Shown here: one piece after another, positions 21,347-29,918 of the stretch | Layout of the letters: each line of letters begins with the position of its first letter | Numbering within the stretch: position 1 is the first letter of the stretch | Source: an uncultured Eubacteriales bacterium | GTDB taxonomy: Bacteria; Bacillota; Clostridia; Monoglobales; Monoglobaceae | Reading direction: 5' to 3' | DNA: 64,000 nt | Assembly (NCBI GenBank): GCA_900542675.1 | Contig: UQOT01000002.1 | Coordinates: forward strand, 11,286-75,285 | Notes under the pieces: generated by a model | The model's database searches: none | Told to the model about the DNA's origin: nothing | What the model saw: only the letters and a program-made list of their open reading frames with translations | Made by a program: the position numbers and the translations under genes

Positions 21347-22180
21347 TTATTTAGCGTTACGTCTCTTAACAATAAACTTGTCAGACGCTTTCTTCTTATT
21401 TCTCGTCTTGTAACCGAGTGCAGGCTTACCCCACGGAGTAACAGGACTCGGCATACCGATAGGCGACTTACCTTCACCACCGCCGTGCGGATGGTCGTTC
21501 GGGTTCATAACTACACCACGAACTGTCGGACGCCAGCCCATATGACGCTTTCTGCCCGCCTTACCGAGGTTGATGTTCTCATAATCCGCATTGCCGACCT
21601 GGCCTATTGTCGCGCGGCAATTAAGTCTTACCATTCTAACCTCGCCGCTTGGCAGTCTTACCTGAGCGAAGCCGTTCTCTTTAGCCATAAGCTGAGCTGT
21701 ATTACCGGCGCTTCTTACCATCTGACCGCCCTTACCGGGGCTAAGTTCGATGTTGTAAATCATTGTGCCGACCGGAATGTCCTTAATCTCCATAGCGTTA
21801 CCCGGCTTAATATCCGCGCCTTCGCCCGAGATTACCTTATCACCCTTCTTAAGTCCGACCGGAGCGATAATGTAGGTCTTAACTCCGTCCTCATACTGAA
21901 GAAGCGCGATGTTAGCCGATCTGTTCGGATCGTATTCTATCGAAAGAACAGTAGCTTCCATTCCGTCCTTGTTTCTCTTAAAATCTATTACTCTGTATTT
22001 TCTCTTTGTACCGCCGCCACGATGTCTTACGGTAATTCTGCCGTAAGAATTACGTCCTGCCTTGCTGTGAAGAGGACGGAGCAGGGATTTCTCCGGTGCT
22101 ACCTTATCAATCTCCTCAAAAGTCGAGCAAGTCATCTGGCGCAGCGAAGGTGTAGTAGGATTATATTTCTTAATACCCAT
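21347..22180 (-). CDS. rplB: 50S ribosomal protein L2
   Basis: [21 protein letters not shown]. Confidence 0.99.
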   Translation of the reverse strand: MGIKKYNPTTPSLRQMTCSTFEEIDKVAPEKSLLRPLHSKAGRNSYGRITVRHRGGGTKRKYRVIDFKRNKDGMEATVLSIEYDPNRSANIALLQYEDGVKTYIIAPVGLKKGDKVISGEGADIKPGNAMEIKDIPVGTMIYNIELSPGKGGQMVRSAGNTAQLMAKENGFAQVRLPSGEVRMVRLNCRATIGQVGNADYENINLGKAGRKRHMGWRPTVRGVVMNPNDHPHGGGEGKSPIGMPSPVTPWGKPALGYKTRNKKKASDKFIVKRRNAK

Positions 22181-22218
22181 TTTCTATATCTCCTTATCTG
22201 CAAAATTTAAGGTTATGA

Positions 22219-22503
22219 TTAAGACTCAAAGAGTTCTATTGTCTTGCTTGACGGTGTGAGCTTAACTACTGCTTTCTTCCAGTCCGCTCTCTTACCGGCA
22301 AACACACCCTGTCTCTTCGGCTTGCCTTTGTAGTTGATTGTAGTAACCTTCTCTACCTCTACCTTGAAGATTTCTTCAACAGCCTTTTTAATCTCAATCT
22401 TGTTTGCGTTCTTCGCAACTTCAAAAGTGTACTTCTTGTCCGCAGTCTGATCCATACTCTTCTCTGTGATTATGGGTCTTCTGATGATATCATGTGCTAC
22501 CAT
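22219..22503 (-). CDS. rplW: 50S ribosomal protein L23
   Basis: [24 protein letters not shown]. Confidence 0.97.
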   Translation of the reverse strand: MVAHDIIRRPIITEKSMDQTADKKYTFEVAKNANKIEIKKAVEEIFKVEVEKVTTINYKGKPKRQGVFAGKRADWKKAVVKLTPSSKTIELFES

Positions 22504-23126
22504 TATGCGTACACCTCCTCGAGCTTATTCACCGCATCCTTTAAGATGATGCACTTGGTGTGATTTAATACCTCGTATGTGTTGATTGCACCGACGAATG
22601 TCGTGTCAACACCTCTTATATTTCTCGCCGAGTTAACAATCATCTTGTCATTCTCCGGGAGAACTATCAAAGCCTTTTCCGAAACATTAAGATTTTTAAG
22701 CATTTCGGCAATCTGCTTTGTCTTGTATTCGCCGCACTCGAGCGCCTCAAGTACGATGATATCGTTATCCTCGACCTTTGATGAAAGCGCCGACTTAAGA
22801 GCGAGCTGTCTTACCTTCTTATTTACCGAGTATCTGTAGCTTCTCGGCTTCGGGCCGATGGCAACGCCGCCGCCAACCCACTGCGGAGCACGGATACTAC
22901 CCTGTCTTGCACGGCCTGTACCCTTCTGTCTCCAAGGCTTTATACCGCCGCCTCTGACTTCTGTACGGGTCAAAGTGGACTGTGTGCCCTGTCTCTGGTT
23001 TGCCAAGTAGTTTACAACTACTTCGTGCATAACGTCTTTGTTAACTTCTATACCAAAAACGTTTTCATTTAAGTCCATTGTGCCGGTAACCTTACCGTCC
23101 ACATTATAAACGTCTACTGTAGGCAT
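22503..23126 (-). CDS. rplD: 50S ribosomal protein L4
   Basis: [15 protein letters not shown]. Confidence 0.98.
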   Translation of the reverse strand: MPTVDVYNVDGKVTGTMDLNENVFGIEVNKDVMHEVVVNYLANQRQGTQSTLTRTEVRGGGIKPWRQKGTGRARQGSIRAPQWVGGGVAIGPKPRSYRYSVNKKVRQLALKSALSSKVEDNDIIVLEALECGEYKTKQIAEMLKNLNVSEKALIVLPENDKMIVNSARNIRGVDTTFVGAINTYEVLNHTKCIILKDAVNKLEEVYA

Positions 23127-23152
23127 TTCTATATCCTCCTCTCTCTGTGGTC

Positions 23153-23788
23153 TTAGGCCTCAGCCTTAACTGCGTTCTTTACAACAACCAGACCGCCCTT
23201 GGGACCGGGAACCGAACCCTTTATGAGCAGGAGATTGCGCTCTGTATCTATTTTAACTAAATCAAGATTTTGGATTGTAACCTTTTCAACACCGAAGTGT
23301 CCCGGCATCTTCTTACCCTTGAATACTCTTGAAGGGTCTGAACATGCGCCGAGTGAACCCGGGCCTCTGTGATAGTGAGAACCGTGTGTCATAGGACCTC
23401 TGTGTGTTCCCCATCTCTTGATTGTACCCGCAAAACCGTGACCCTTGCTTGTGCCGGTAACGTCTACAACGTCGCCGCCTTCAAACTGTTCAACAGTGAG
23501 TACGTCGCCGACATTAAGCTCAGCGGCACTGTCAAGCTTGAACTCCTTAAGGTGCTTCTTAACGGGAACTCCCGCCTTGCCGAAGTGACCTTTCTCGGGC
23601 TTGTTTGCGCGTCTTTCCTTCTTGTCCTCAAAGCCGACCTGAACGGCTGTGTAACCGTCAACTTCCTCGGTCTTCTTCTGTACTACCGGACACGGACCTG
23701 CTTCGATAACGGATACCGGAATGAGTACGCCGTCCTCTGTGAAGATCTGTGTCATACCAATCTTTTTACCTAAGATTGCTTTCTTCAT
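23153..23788 (-). CDS. rplC: 50S ribosomal protein L3
   Basis: [22 protein letters not shown]. Confidence 0.98.
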   Translation of the reverse strand: MKKAILGKKIGMTQIFTEDGVLIPVSVIEAGPCPVVQKKTEEVDGYTAVQVGFEDKKERRANKPEKGHFGKAGVPVKKHLKEFKLDSAAELNVGDVLTVEQFEGGDVVDVTGTSKGHGFAGTIKRWGTHRGPMTHGSHYHRGPGSLGACSDPSRVFKGKKMPGHFGVEKVTIQNLDLVKIDTERNLLLIKGSVPGPKGGLVVVKNAVKAEA

Positions 23789-23944
23789 TTTTCTTTCCTC
23801 CTATATACACAGGCATCGGTTCATCGCGGGACTGATATGCGCGAACTTACCTGCGGGTCAGCGGTTGAGAAAACCCCAACATAACCAAAATTTTTGGTAA
23901 ACGACTTTATGCAAGATTTCCTTGCGTAAAAAAATCTGCCTGAA

Positions 23945-24253
23945 CTATATCTTAAGTTCGATATCAACACCTGCAGGCAGGTCAAGGTGCTTTAAAGCAT
24001 CAATTGTCTTGCTGTTCGGACCTAAAACGTCGATAAGTCTCTTGTGCGTTCTAAGCTCAAACTGCTCACGCGAATCCTTATACTTATGAACAGCTCTTAA
24101 AATAGTAACAACTTCCTTTCTTGTCGGAAGCGGGATAGGACCCGATACCTTCGCACCTGTTCTCTTAGCTGTTTCAACAATCTTAGCGGCGCTCTGGTCG
24201 ATAAGATTTGAATCATAAGCCTTAAGTCTGATTCTGATTCTCTCTGTAGCCAT
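23945..24253 (-). CDS. rpsJ: 30S ribosomal protein S10
   Basis: [26 protein letters not shown]. Confidence 0.99.
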   Translation of the reverse strand: MATERIRIRLKAYDSNLIDQSAAKIVETAKRTGAKVSGPIPLPTRKEVVTILRAVHKYKDSREQFELRTHKRLIDVLGPNSKTIDALKHLDLPAGVDIELKI

Positions 24254-24429
24254 AAAATGTGCCCTCCTTATTGAAATAGATTAACCACCGTGCCGGGCGT
24301 TTCGCACGATTTAAAAATAAAACCCGAACCGATGCTTCCGCATACGAGCCGGGAGGAATTTACACAAATCATTTATGTCCGCAGAATAATAAAAATACCG
24401 CGGGCATAGCATAAGTGTAGTATTAAAGT

Positions 24430-24576
24430 GTGACCTTCCGCCCTGTTTTTAAAACCGGACAATCTCCCCCGAAATTTCCAAACTCACGCGTCACTGCGCG
24501 CGGTCTGCCACCTCCGGGTTCATCGTATGTCTCTGTCACGCCTAACTATTATACAGCCTATGCCCAAAAATGTCAA
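24430..24576 (-). promoter_or_regulatory. S10 operon promoter and structured leader RNA
   Basis: TTGACA(24571-24576)-17-TATAAT(24548-24553); leader with CGATGAA..GAGGTGGC..GGAAATTTC..GGAGA elements resembling Firmicutes S10 leaders, closed by GTGAC/GTCAC. Confidence 0.65.
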
Positions 24577-24652
24577 GAAAATTTTCAGTAAATATTACAC
24601 AAAATTCGAGATTTAAAGCCCGAATTAATGCACATTTTTGTGTATTCTGCCA

Positions 24653-26008
24653 TTAATTTTTTAAAAGCTTTCTGTAAACGGTAAATATCATTGCGGTAAA
24701 CGCCGCTGTGCCGCCTATCAGATTTGATATCGGCTCCGCCCAAAACACACCGTATACCGCAGGGGTCCACACCTTCGGCAAAATCAGAGTCAGCGGCACC
24801 ACTATTATTATCTTGCGAAACAGCGAAAAGAATACCGCGTGCTTCGGCTTGTCAAGCGCGGTGAACGCCGTCTGACCCGAAAACTGCAAAGCCATAAACA
24901 CAAAACCGAAAAAGTAGATATGAAGCGCTTCCTGTGCGCAGACGAGCAGTTCTGTGTTTTCGGTAAACAGCCCAATAAAGAACCGCGGAAACACGGACAC
25001 GGCAATCCACGCAAGGGCGGTATACCCGATAAGTATAGCGGACATACTGCGTATACCGCTCTTTACACGGTCATTCCTGCCCGCACCATAGTTATAGCCG
25101 AGTACCGGCTGCGCTCCCTGAGAAAATCCGTTTGCCGGCAGCGAAACTATCTCGCGCACCGAATTTATAATCGTCATAGCTCCGATATAGATATCGCTGC
25201 CGTACGCCTTGAGCGTAACATTGCACGCCATCTGCACCGCCGCGTTTGTCGCCATCATTGTAAAGCCCGCCAGACCGAGCGCGAGGATTTTTCTTGTCCG
25301 CTTAAGGTTTAGACTCAGCATATTTCTAAGCTTTATCTTATACTCCGACTTGCCGAGCGTTAAAAACCAAACCGCCCACACAGCGGAAAAGAACTGTGAT
25401 ATAACTGTCGCGGCGGCAGCTCCTCTCACGCCCATATCGAGCACAAAAATCAGTATCGGGTCAAGCACAATATTAAGCGCCGCTCCAATTGCAATCGTCA
25501 GCATACCGATTTTACTGTAGCCCTGCGCGTTTATTATTCCGTTTAGTCCAAGCGTAAGCATCGGGAAAATTGAGCCGAAAAGATAAACCGCAAGATATTC
25601 GTCCGCATACGGAAGTGTCGCCCCGCTTGCGCCGAGCAGCTTTAAAACAGGCGTTTTGAATATGAGTCCTAAAACCGTCACAGCCGCGCCGAATATAACG
25701 AGCAGCGACGCGGCATTACCCAAGAGGCTCTCTGCCTCAGCCGCGTTCTTCCTGCCGCGTTCGATTGAGATAAGCGGAGCCGCACCCGCTCCGACAAGAT
25801 TAGAAAAAGCCATAACAACCGAAATGACCGGCAGGCATATACCTACGCCGGTCAGCGCATCTGTTGTCTCCGTACCGCCTATCCTGCCGATAAACATACG
25901 GTCGACAACATTATATAGTATCGTAATAAGCTGCGCGACAGTCATAGGAACGGCAAGACGCAGTATATGCTTTAATATGCTGCCGCGCGAAAAATCATTG
26001 TTATTCAT
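24653..26008 (-). CDS. MATE family efflux transporter
   Basis: LYNVVDRMFIG, LNIVLDPILIF..GVRGAAAATVISQ, QPVLGYNYGA; ATG at 26008. Confidence 0.93.
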   Translation of the reverse strand: MNNNDFSRGSILKHILRLAVPMTVAQLITILYNVVDRMFIGRIGGTETTDALTGVGICLPVISVVMAFSNLVGAGAAPLISIERGRKNAAEAESLLGNAASLLVIFGAAVTVLGLIFKTPVLKLLGASGATLPYADEYLAVYLFGSIFPMLTLGLNGIINAQGYSKIGMLTIAIGAALNIVLDPILIFVLDMGVRGAAAATVISQFFSAVWAVWFLTLGKSEYKIKLRNMLSLNLKRTRKILALGLAGFTMMATNAAVQMACNVTLKAYGSDIYIGAMTIINSVREIVSLPANGFSQGAQPVLGYNYGAGRNDRVKSGIRSMSAILIGYTALAWIAVSVFPRFFIGLFTENTELLVCAQEALHIYFFGFVFMALQFSGQTAFTALDKPKHAVFFSLFRKIIIVVPLTLILPKVWTPAVYGVFWAEPISNLIGGTAAFTAMIFTVYRKLLKN

Positions 26009-26009
26009 T

Positions 26010-26780
26010 TTAAATATCGCTGAAACGCTGATGGAGCTTCGGATACACCTTTTCTTCAATAAATATATAATAATCCAAAAGCTTTTTCGTTTCGTTATAA
26101 TACTTTTCTATATTGGCGTCTATGTAGTAATCGCTAGTTTCGGACTTTTTGTTTCTTATCTCCGAAATCTCCTGATTGATGCGAAGTATATTAAGCCTTG
26201 CGCCGTTATATTCATCCCAGACCGACGAAATTTGCGGATACGAAAACGCACTTAAACACTCCGCAATCTTCTTCCTCAGCAAAATCGATAAAAAATCTGC
26301 CGTATCAAAAAACGCCTTGCACTCGCAGACAAGAGCATTTTTAAGATTATCCCTGACATACGTCTCGTTGGACGCCGCCGCACCCGACTTTGCCATATAA
26401 TCGTTTGCGCATACGCGGATTACGTGCTCATACGCATCCTTTAAGCTGTTTATCGGAAGATAAAAGGTTCTCAGCTCCGAGCCGTATTCCTCTGCGAGAA
26501 TATAAAGCTCCTTTGTCTTTAGATGAACATAGAAAATACGCTCCCAGTATTCATCTGCCGTCATCTCGTCTCTTCTGTACGAATTGATGCTTTCAAACAG
26601 AGCCTTGTTCGACTCGTCTATCGCGATATCCTGAGTCGTGCCCTTTCTGAATTCATCATCGTCCGGCAAAAGCGTGCGCTTGCCCTTCGGCTTTGAAGTA
26701 CGTTCTGAGACCAATACAGCCTTAGTATTCTCCGTATCGCCGCTGTTTAATTTTTCATTATTATATGTATTATTACTCAT
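26010..26780 (-). CDS. Hypothetical soluble helical protein (256 aa)
   Basis: Long ORF overlapping the upstream gene by ATGA; no confidently recognised domain. Confidence 0.7.
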   Translation of the reverse strand: MSNNTYNNEKLNSGDTENTKAVLVSERTSKPKGKRTLLPDDDEFRKGTTQDIAIDESNKALFESINSYRRDEMTADEYWERIFYVHLKTKELYILAEEYGSELRTFYLPINSLKDAYEHVIRVCANDYMAKSGAAASNETYVRDNLKNALVCECKAFFDTADFLSILLRKKIAECLSAFSYPQISSVWDEYNGARLNILRINQEISEIRNKKSETSDYYIDANIEKYYNETKKLLDYYIFIEEKVYPKLHQRFSDI

Positions 26781-27082
26781 ATCTTATTCCTGCCCTTCGG
26801 TAATCTGGTCGGCGACGCCTTATGACGCAGACTTTCTATATCGTCCGCTGTGTAAAACATCTTCATTGCAAGCCTCGCGTCCGACGACGGTCTGTCATAC
26901 AAATCCTCATCGCCCTTTATTGTTTTTTTGCTAATTCCCCGCGCCTTAAAAGGAAATTCTGCATCAATGAGCCGAACCGACTCACGCGCCTCCTTTACTT
27001 TGTAGGATATGTAAACTATACAAAGTAATATCGAAAGCGCCGTGATAAGCAGTGCCGCGATTAAAAATGAAATCCCGTTCAT
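26777..27082 (-). CDS. Hypothetical protein with one N-terminal transmembrane helix
   Basis: Hydrophobic residues 4-27 followed by a charged tail; ATGA overlaps at both ends. Confidence 0.65.
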   Translation of the reverse strand: MNGISFLIAALLITALSILLCIVYISYKVKEARESVRLIDAEFPFKARGISKKTIKGDEDLYDRPSSDARLAMKMFYTADDIESLRHKASPTRLPKGRNKI

Positions 27083-27561
27083 AACTTATCAGCTCCCTCT
27101 CTCACTCTGAAGCTGACCGATATAAACAGCGCAAGAGCCAAAAGTATATCCGCGATAACCGCCCACGTGTTTATTCGGAAGACATTTTCACCGAATACTG
27201 TAGGGTCGCCCTCAAGCATCAAATATCCCATCATCGCCAAAAAAATACCTATAACCACAGGCACGGCGATGACATAAACAATAGCAGAGCCGCGTCTGCC
27301 GAAAAGTATCGCGATACCCAGCGCAATAACCGACATTGCAACAACGAGATACAAAACGTCATTATCACCCATTATCATCTGCCAATATCCCGCGTCAACC
27401 TCCATCGCCGCCTTTGTAAAAAGCGGTCTTAATATAAGCGGGAAAAACGAAAATACAGCACATACAAGCCATACGCCAAGCATTGACCAAAAACGCATCA
27501 AATCAAAATAAAGCCTGTTGCCGACTTTTCTGTGCGCAATTTCGTCCTGATAATTAATCAA
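27079..27561 (-). CDS. Hypothetical membrane protein (about 4 TM)
   Basis: TTG start after AAGGAGGAG; four hydrophobic segments. Confidence 0.7.
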   Translation of the reverse strand: MINYQDEIAHRKVGNRLYFDLMRFWSMLGVWLVCAVFSFFPLILRPLFTKAAMEVDAGYWQMIMGDNDVLYLVVAMSVIALGIAILFGRRGSAIVYVIAVPVVIGIFLAMMGYLMLEGDPTVFGENVFRINTWAVIADILLALALFISVSFRVREGADKL

Positions 27562-27717
27562 TGCAACTCCTCCTTAAAATCCACACTCCCGCCATAACGT
27601 GCCCGGGGGGGGGATGGTGCAAAACGTCAACATTCTTTGACAATAATTTAACACAAAATGCCCCCAAAGTCAAGTAAATTCGGTGTTTTGGACAAATTTC
27701 GGTTAAGGCAGAAAATC

Positions 27718-28350
27718 CTATATGACAGGGCGCCTATGGTACGCGGTATCCCCGTCCTTTAAAAACGCTTTTGCGTTTGTGATTTCGACTATCGCCGCCT
27801 TTACACGGTCATACTCGCCGACGGGCACATAGAGCGGAATTTCGACGTTATCCTTATATACGGTCTCTCCGATAATTACCTCCATATTATGAAGCTCATT
27901 TTGAATTTTGCCGAGCAATGTATAGTCGCAGCTGACTGTAAGCTCACGGCACAGAGCCATATCCGTTATACCCGCAGCAGTCACGCCCGCCTTAGCGCTC
28001 TTTGAATACGCGTGAACAAGTCCGCCCGTACCGAGCAGTATTCCGCCGAAATAACGAGTCACAACAACAATCAGGTTGGTAAGCCCCTCTTTTTTCAGTA
28101 TATCAAGTACGGGCATACCGGCCGTGCCCGACGGTTCGCCGTCGTCACTGTAGCGCATTATATTATTTTCTTCTATTATATAGGCATAGACGTTGTGAGC
28201 CGCGTCCCAGTATTCCTGCCGAAGCGAGTTTAAAAACTCAAGAGCCTCCTGCTCGGAAGCGACAGGTTTTACCGCTGCGATAAACCGCGAACGTTTTTCG
28301 ATAATCTCCGCACTTGCCTCTCTTTCGACCGTTCGGTATAATTCCTTCAT
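27718..28350 (-). CDS. yigZ: YigZ/IMPACT family protein
   Basis: EKRSRFI, SDDGEPSGTAG, VTRYFGGILLGTGGLVHAY. Confidence 0.93.
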   Translation of the reverse strand: MKELYRTVEREASAEIIEKRSRFIAAVKPVASEQEALEFLNSLRQEYWDAAHNVYAYIIEENNIMRYSDDGEPSGTAGMPVLDILKKEGLTNLIVVVTRYFGGILLGTGGLVHAYSKSAKAGVTAAGITDMALCRELTVSCDYTLLGKIQNELHNMEVIIGETVYKDNVEIPLYVPVGEYDRVKAAIVEITNAKAFLKDGDTAYHRRPVI

Positions 28351-28469
28351 AATAATTTTATTCTCCGATTTCTTTTCGTATGTGAACATTATAGCATGAG
28401 GCTTAAAATTTGACAAGAGCACAGCAAAACCGCGTTTTAAAAGATTTTGAAAATATTTTGATAAAAACC

Positions 28470-28524
28470 TTGATTTTTTGCGTGAAGTAGTATAAAATTA
28501 AAACATATGTAATAATAATGTAAT
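28470..28524 (+). promoter_or_regulatory. Promoter of the response regulator with a WalR-type direct repeat just downstream
   Basis: TTGATT(28470-28475)-17-TAAAAT(28493-28498); TGTAAT-N5-TGTAAT at 28508-28524. Confidence 0.6.
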
Positions 28525-28629
28525 CATCTTTGCTGCCGTACAGTTGTGGATTGACCTAAAATTGGATTTTGGCTCGGCGCAATTATACATATTTTACGCG
28601 GATAATAAAATAACGGGGGTGTAAAACCT

Positions 28630-29322
28630 ATGGGTAAAAAAGTTCTTGTTGTTGATGACGAGAAAAGTATTGTTGAAATATTAACTTTGAATTTAAAGAA
28701 TGAAGGATATACGGTTTGTGCGGCTTATGACGGAGAGGAAGCGGTCAGAAAGGCGGCAATTGAGCAGCCCGACCTGATTTTACTTGACGTTATGCTTCCC
28801 AATCTCGACGGATTTTCGGTCTGCAAGAAAATCCGTGAGACTTCATCGGTTCCGATTTTAATGATTACCGCGCGTGAAGAAGAGGTCGACAAGGTGCTGG
28901 GTCTTGAACTCGGCGCGGATGACTATATCACCAAACCGTTCAGCGTACGTGAGCTGCTCGCCAGAGTAAAGGCAAATATGCGCCGCAGCGATATCGTGCC
29001 GCAGACCGAAGAGGTTGAAAACGACATAGTTGAAATAGGTGAATTTACTCTCGACTGCAACCGCTATGAGCTCTATAAAAACGGCAGACTTATCGACTTG
29101 ACCGTACGCGAATTTGAGCTTATTAAATTTCTGTCGGCTCAGCCGAACAAAATTTATTCACGCAAGAGCCTGCTTGAATTTGTATGGGATTACGAGTACT
29201 ACGGCGATGTCAGAACGGTTGATGTAACCGTAAGACGCGTGAGAGAAAAAATTGAGGACGACCCGTCGCAGCCGAAGCACATTATGACCAAGCGCGGTGT
29301 CGGCTATTACTTTGCAATTTAA
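28630..29322 (+). CDS. walR: OmpR-family response regulator, WalR (YycF)-like
   Basis: VVDDE, LLDVMLP, GADDYITKPFS; recognition helix YYGDVRTVDVTVRRVREKIEDDPS closely resembles WalR. Confidence 0.75.
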   Translation: MGKKVLVVDDEKSIVEILTLNLKNEGYTVCAAYDGEEAVRKAAIEQPDLILLDVMLPNLDGFSVCKKIRETSSVPILMITAREEEVDKVLGLELGADDYITKPFSVRELLARVKANMRRSDIVPQTEEVENDIVEIGEFTLDCNRYELYKNGRLIDLTVREFELIKFLSAQPNKIYSRKSLLEFVWDYEYYGDVRTVDVTVRRVREKIEDDPSQPKHIMTKRGVGYYFAI

Positions 29323-29393
29323 TTTAAAATACAATTCGGGCGCCGATACAGTCAATCGGCGTCCTTATTTTTTAGAATTTAAGAGGCAAAACT

Positions 29394-29876
29394 ATGCTTA
29401 ACATTACAATTATCTGTGTCGGCAAGATAAAAGAAAAATATTATTCCGCCGCAATAGACGAATATATAAAGCGAATAAGCCGATTTGCGAAAATCAGCGT
29501 CGCCGAGGTTAAGGACGAGCCGATACCTTTGTCTCCGTCCGACGGCGAAAAGACCGCCGTGCTTTTAAAAGAAGCGGAGCGCATAAAGACGAAGCTGCCT
29601 AAAAGCGCACATATTATCGCATTATGCGTAGAAGGCAGACAGTGTTCCTCCGAGGATTTTGCCGAAAAGCTCAGCTCGCTTGCGTCAGGCGGCATAAGCC
29701 ATATTGCATTTATAATCGGCGGCTCGCTCGGACTTGCGGATAACATCAAAATGCTTGCGGACGAAAAACTCAGTTTTTCAAAAATGACGCTCCCGCACCA
29801 GCTGATGCGCGTAGTCCTCGCCGAACAAATCTACCGCGCAATGACAATAAACAGCAACATAACATATCATAAGTAA
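29394..29876 (+). CDS. rlmH: 23S rRNA m3Psi1915 methyltransferase
   Basis: VGKIKEKY, FIIGGSLG, MTLPHQLMR..EQIYRA..YHK. Confidence 0.96.
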   Translation: MLNITIICVGKIKEKYYSAAIDEYIKRISRFAKISVAEVKDEPIPLSPSDGEKTAVLLKEAERIKTKLPKSAHIIALCVEGRQCSSEDFAEKLSSLASGGISHIAFIIGGSLGLADNIKMLADEKLSFSKMTLPHQLMRVVLAEQIYRAMTINSNITYHK

Positions 29877-29918
29877 TATTTGCACGCGGCAAAGAAAATC
29901 AATTGTCCTATGAGCGCA

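Noticed and set aside
29855..29918. Cassette inserted at the rlmH 3' end (SCC-like)
   Set aside because: A convergent ATPase gene ends 42 bp away; no recombinase or repeat of the site was seen.
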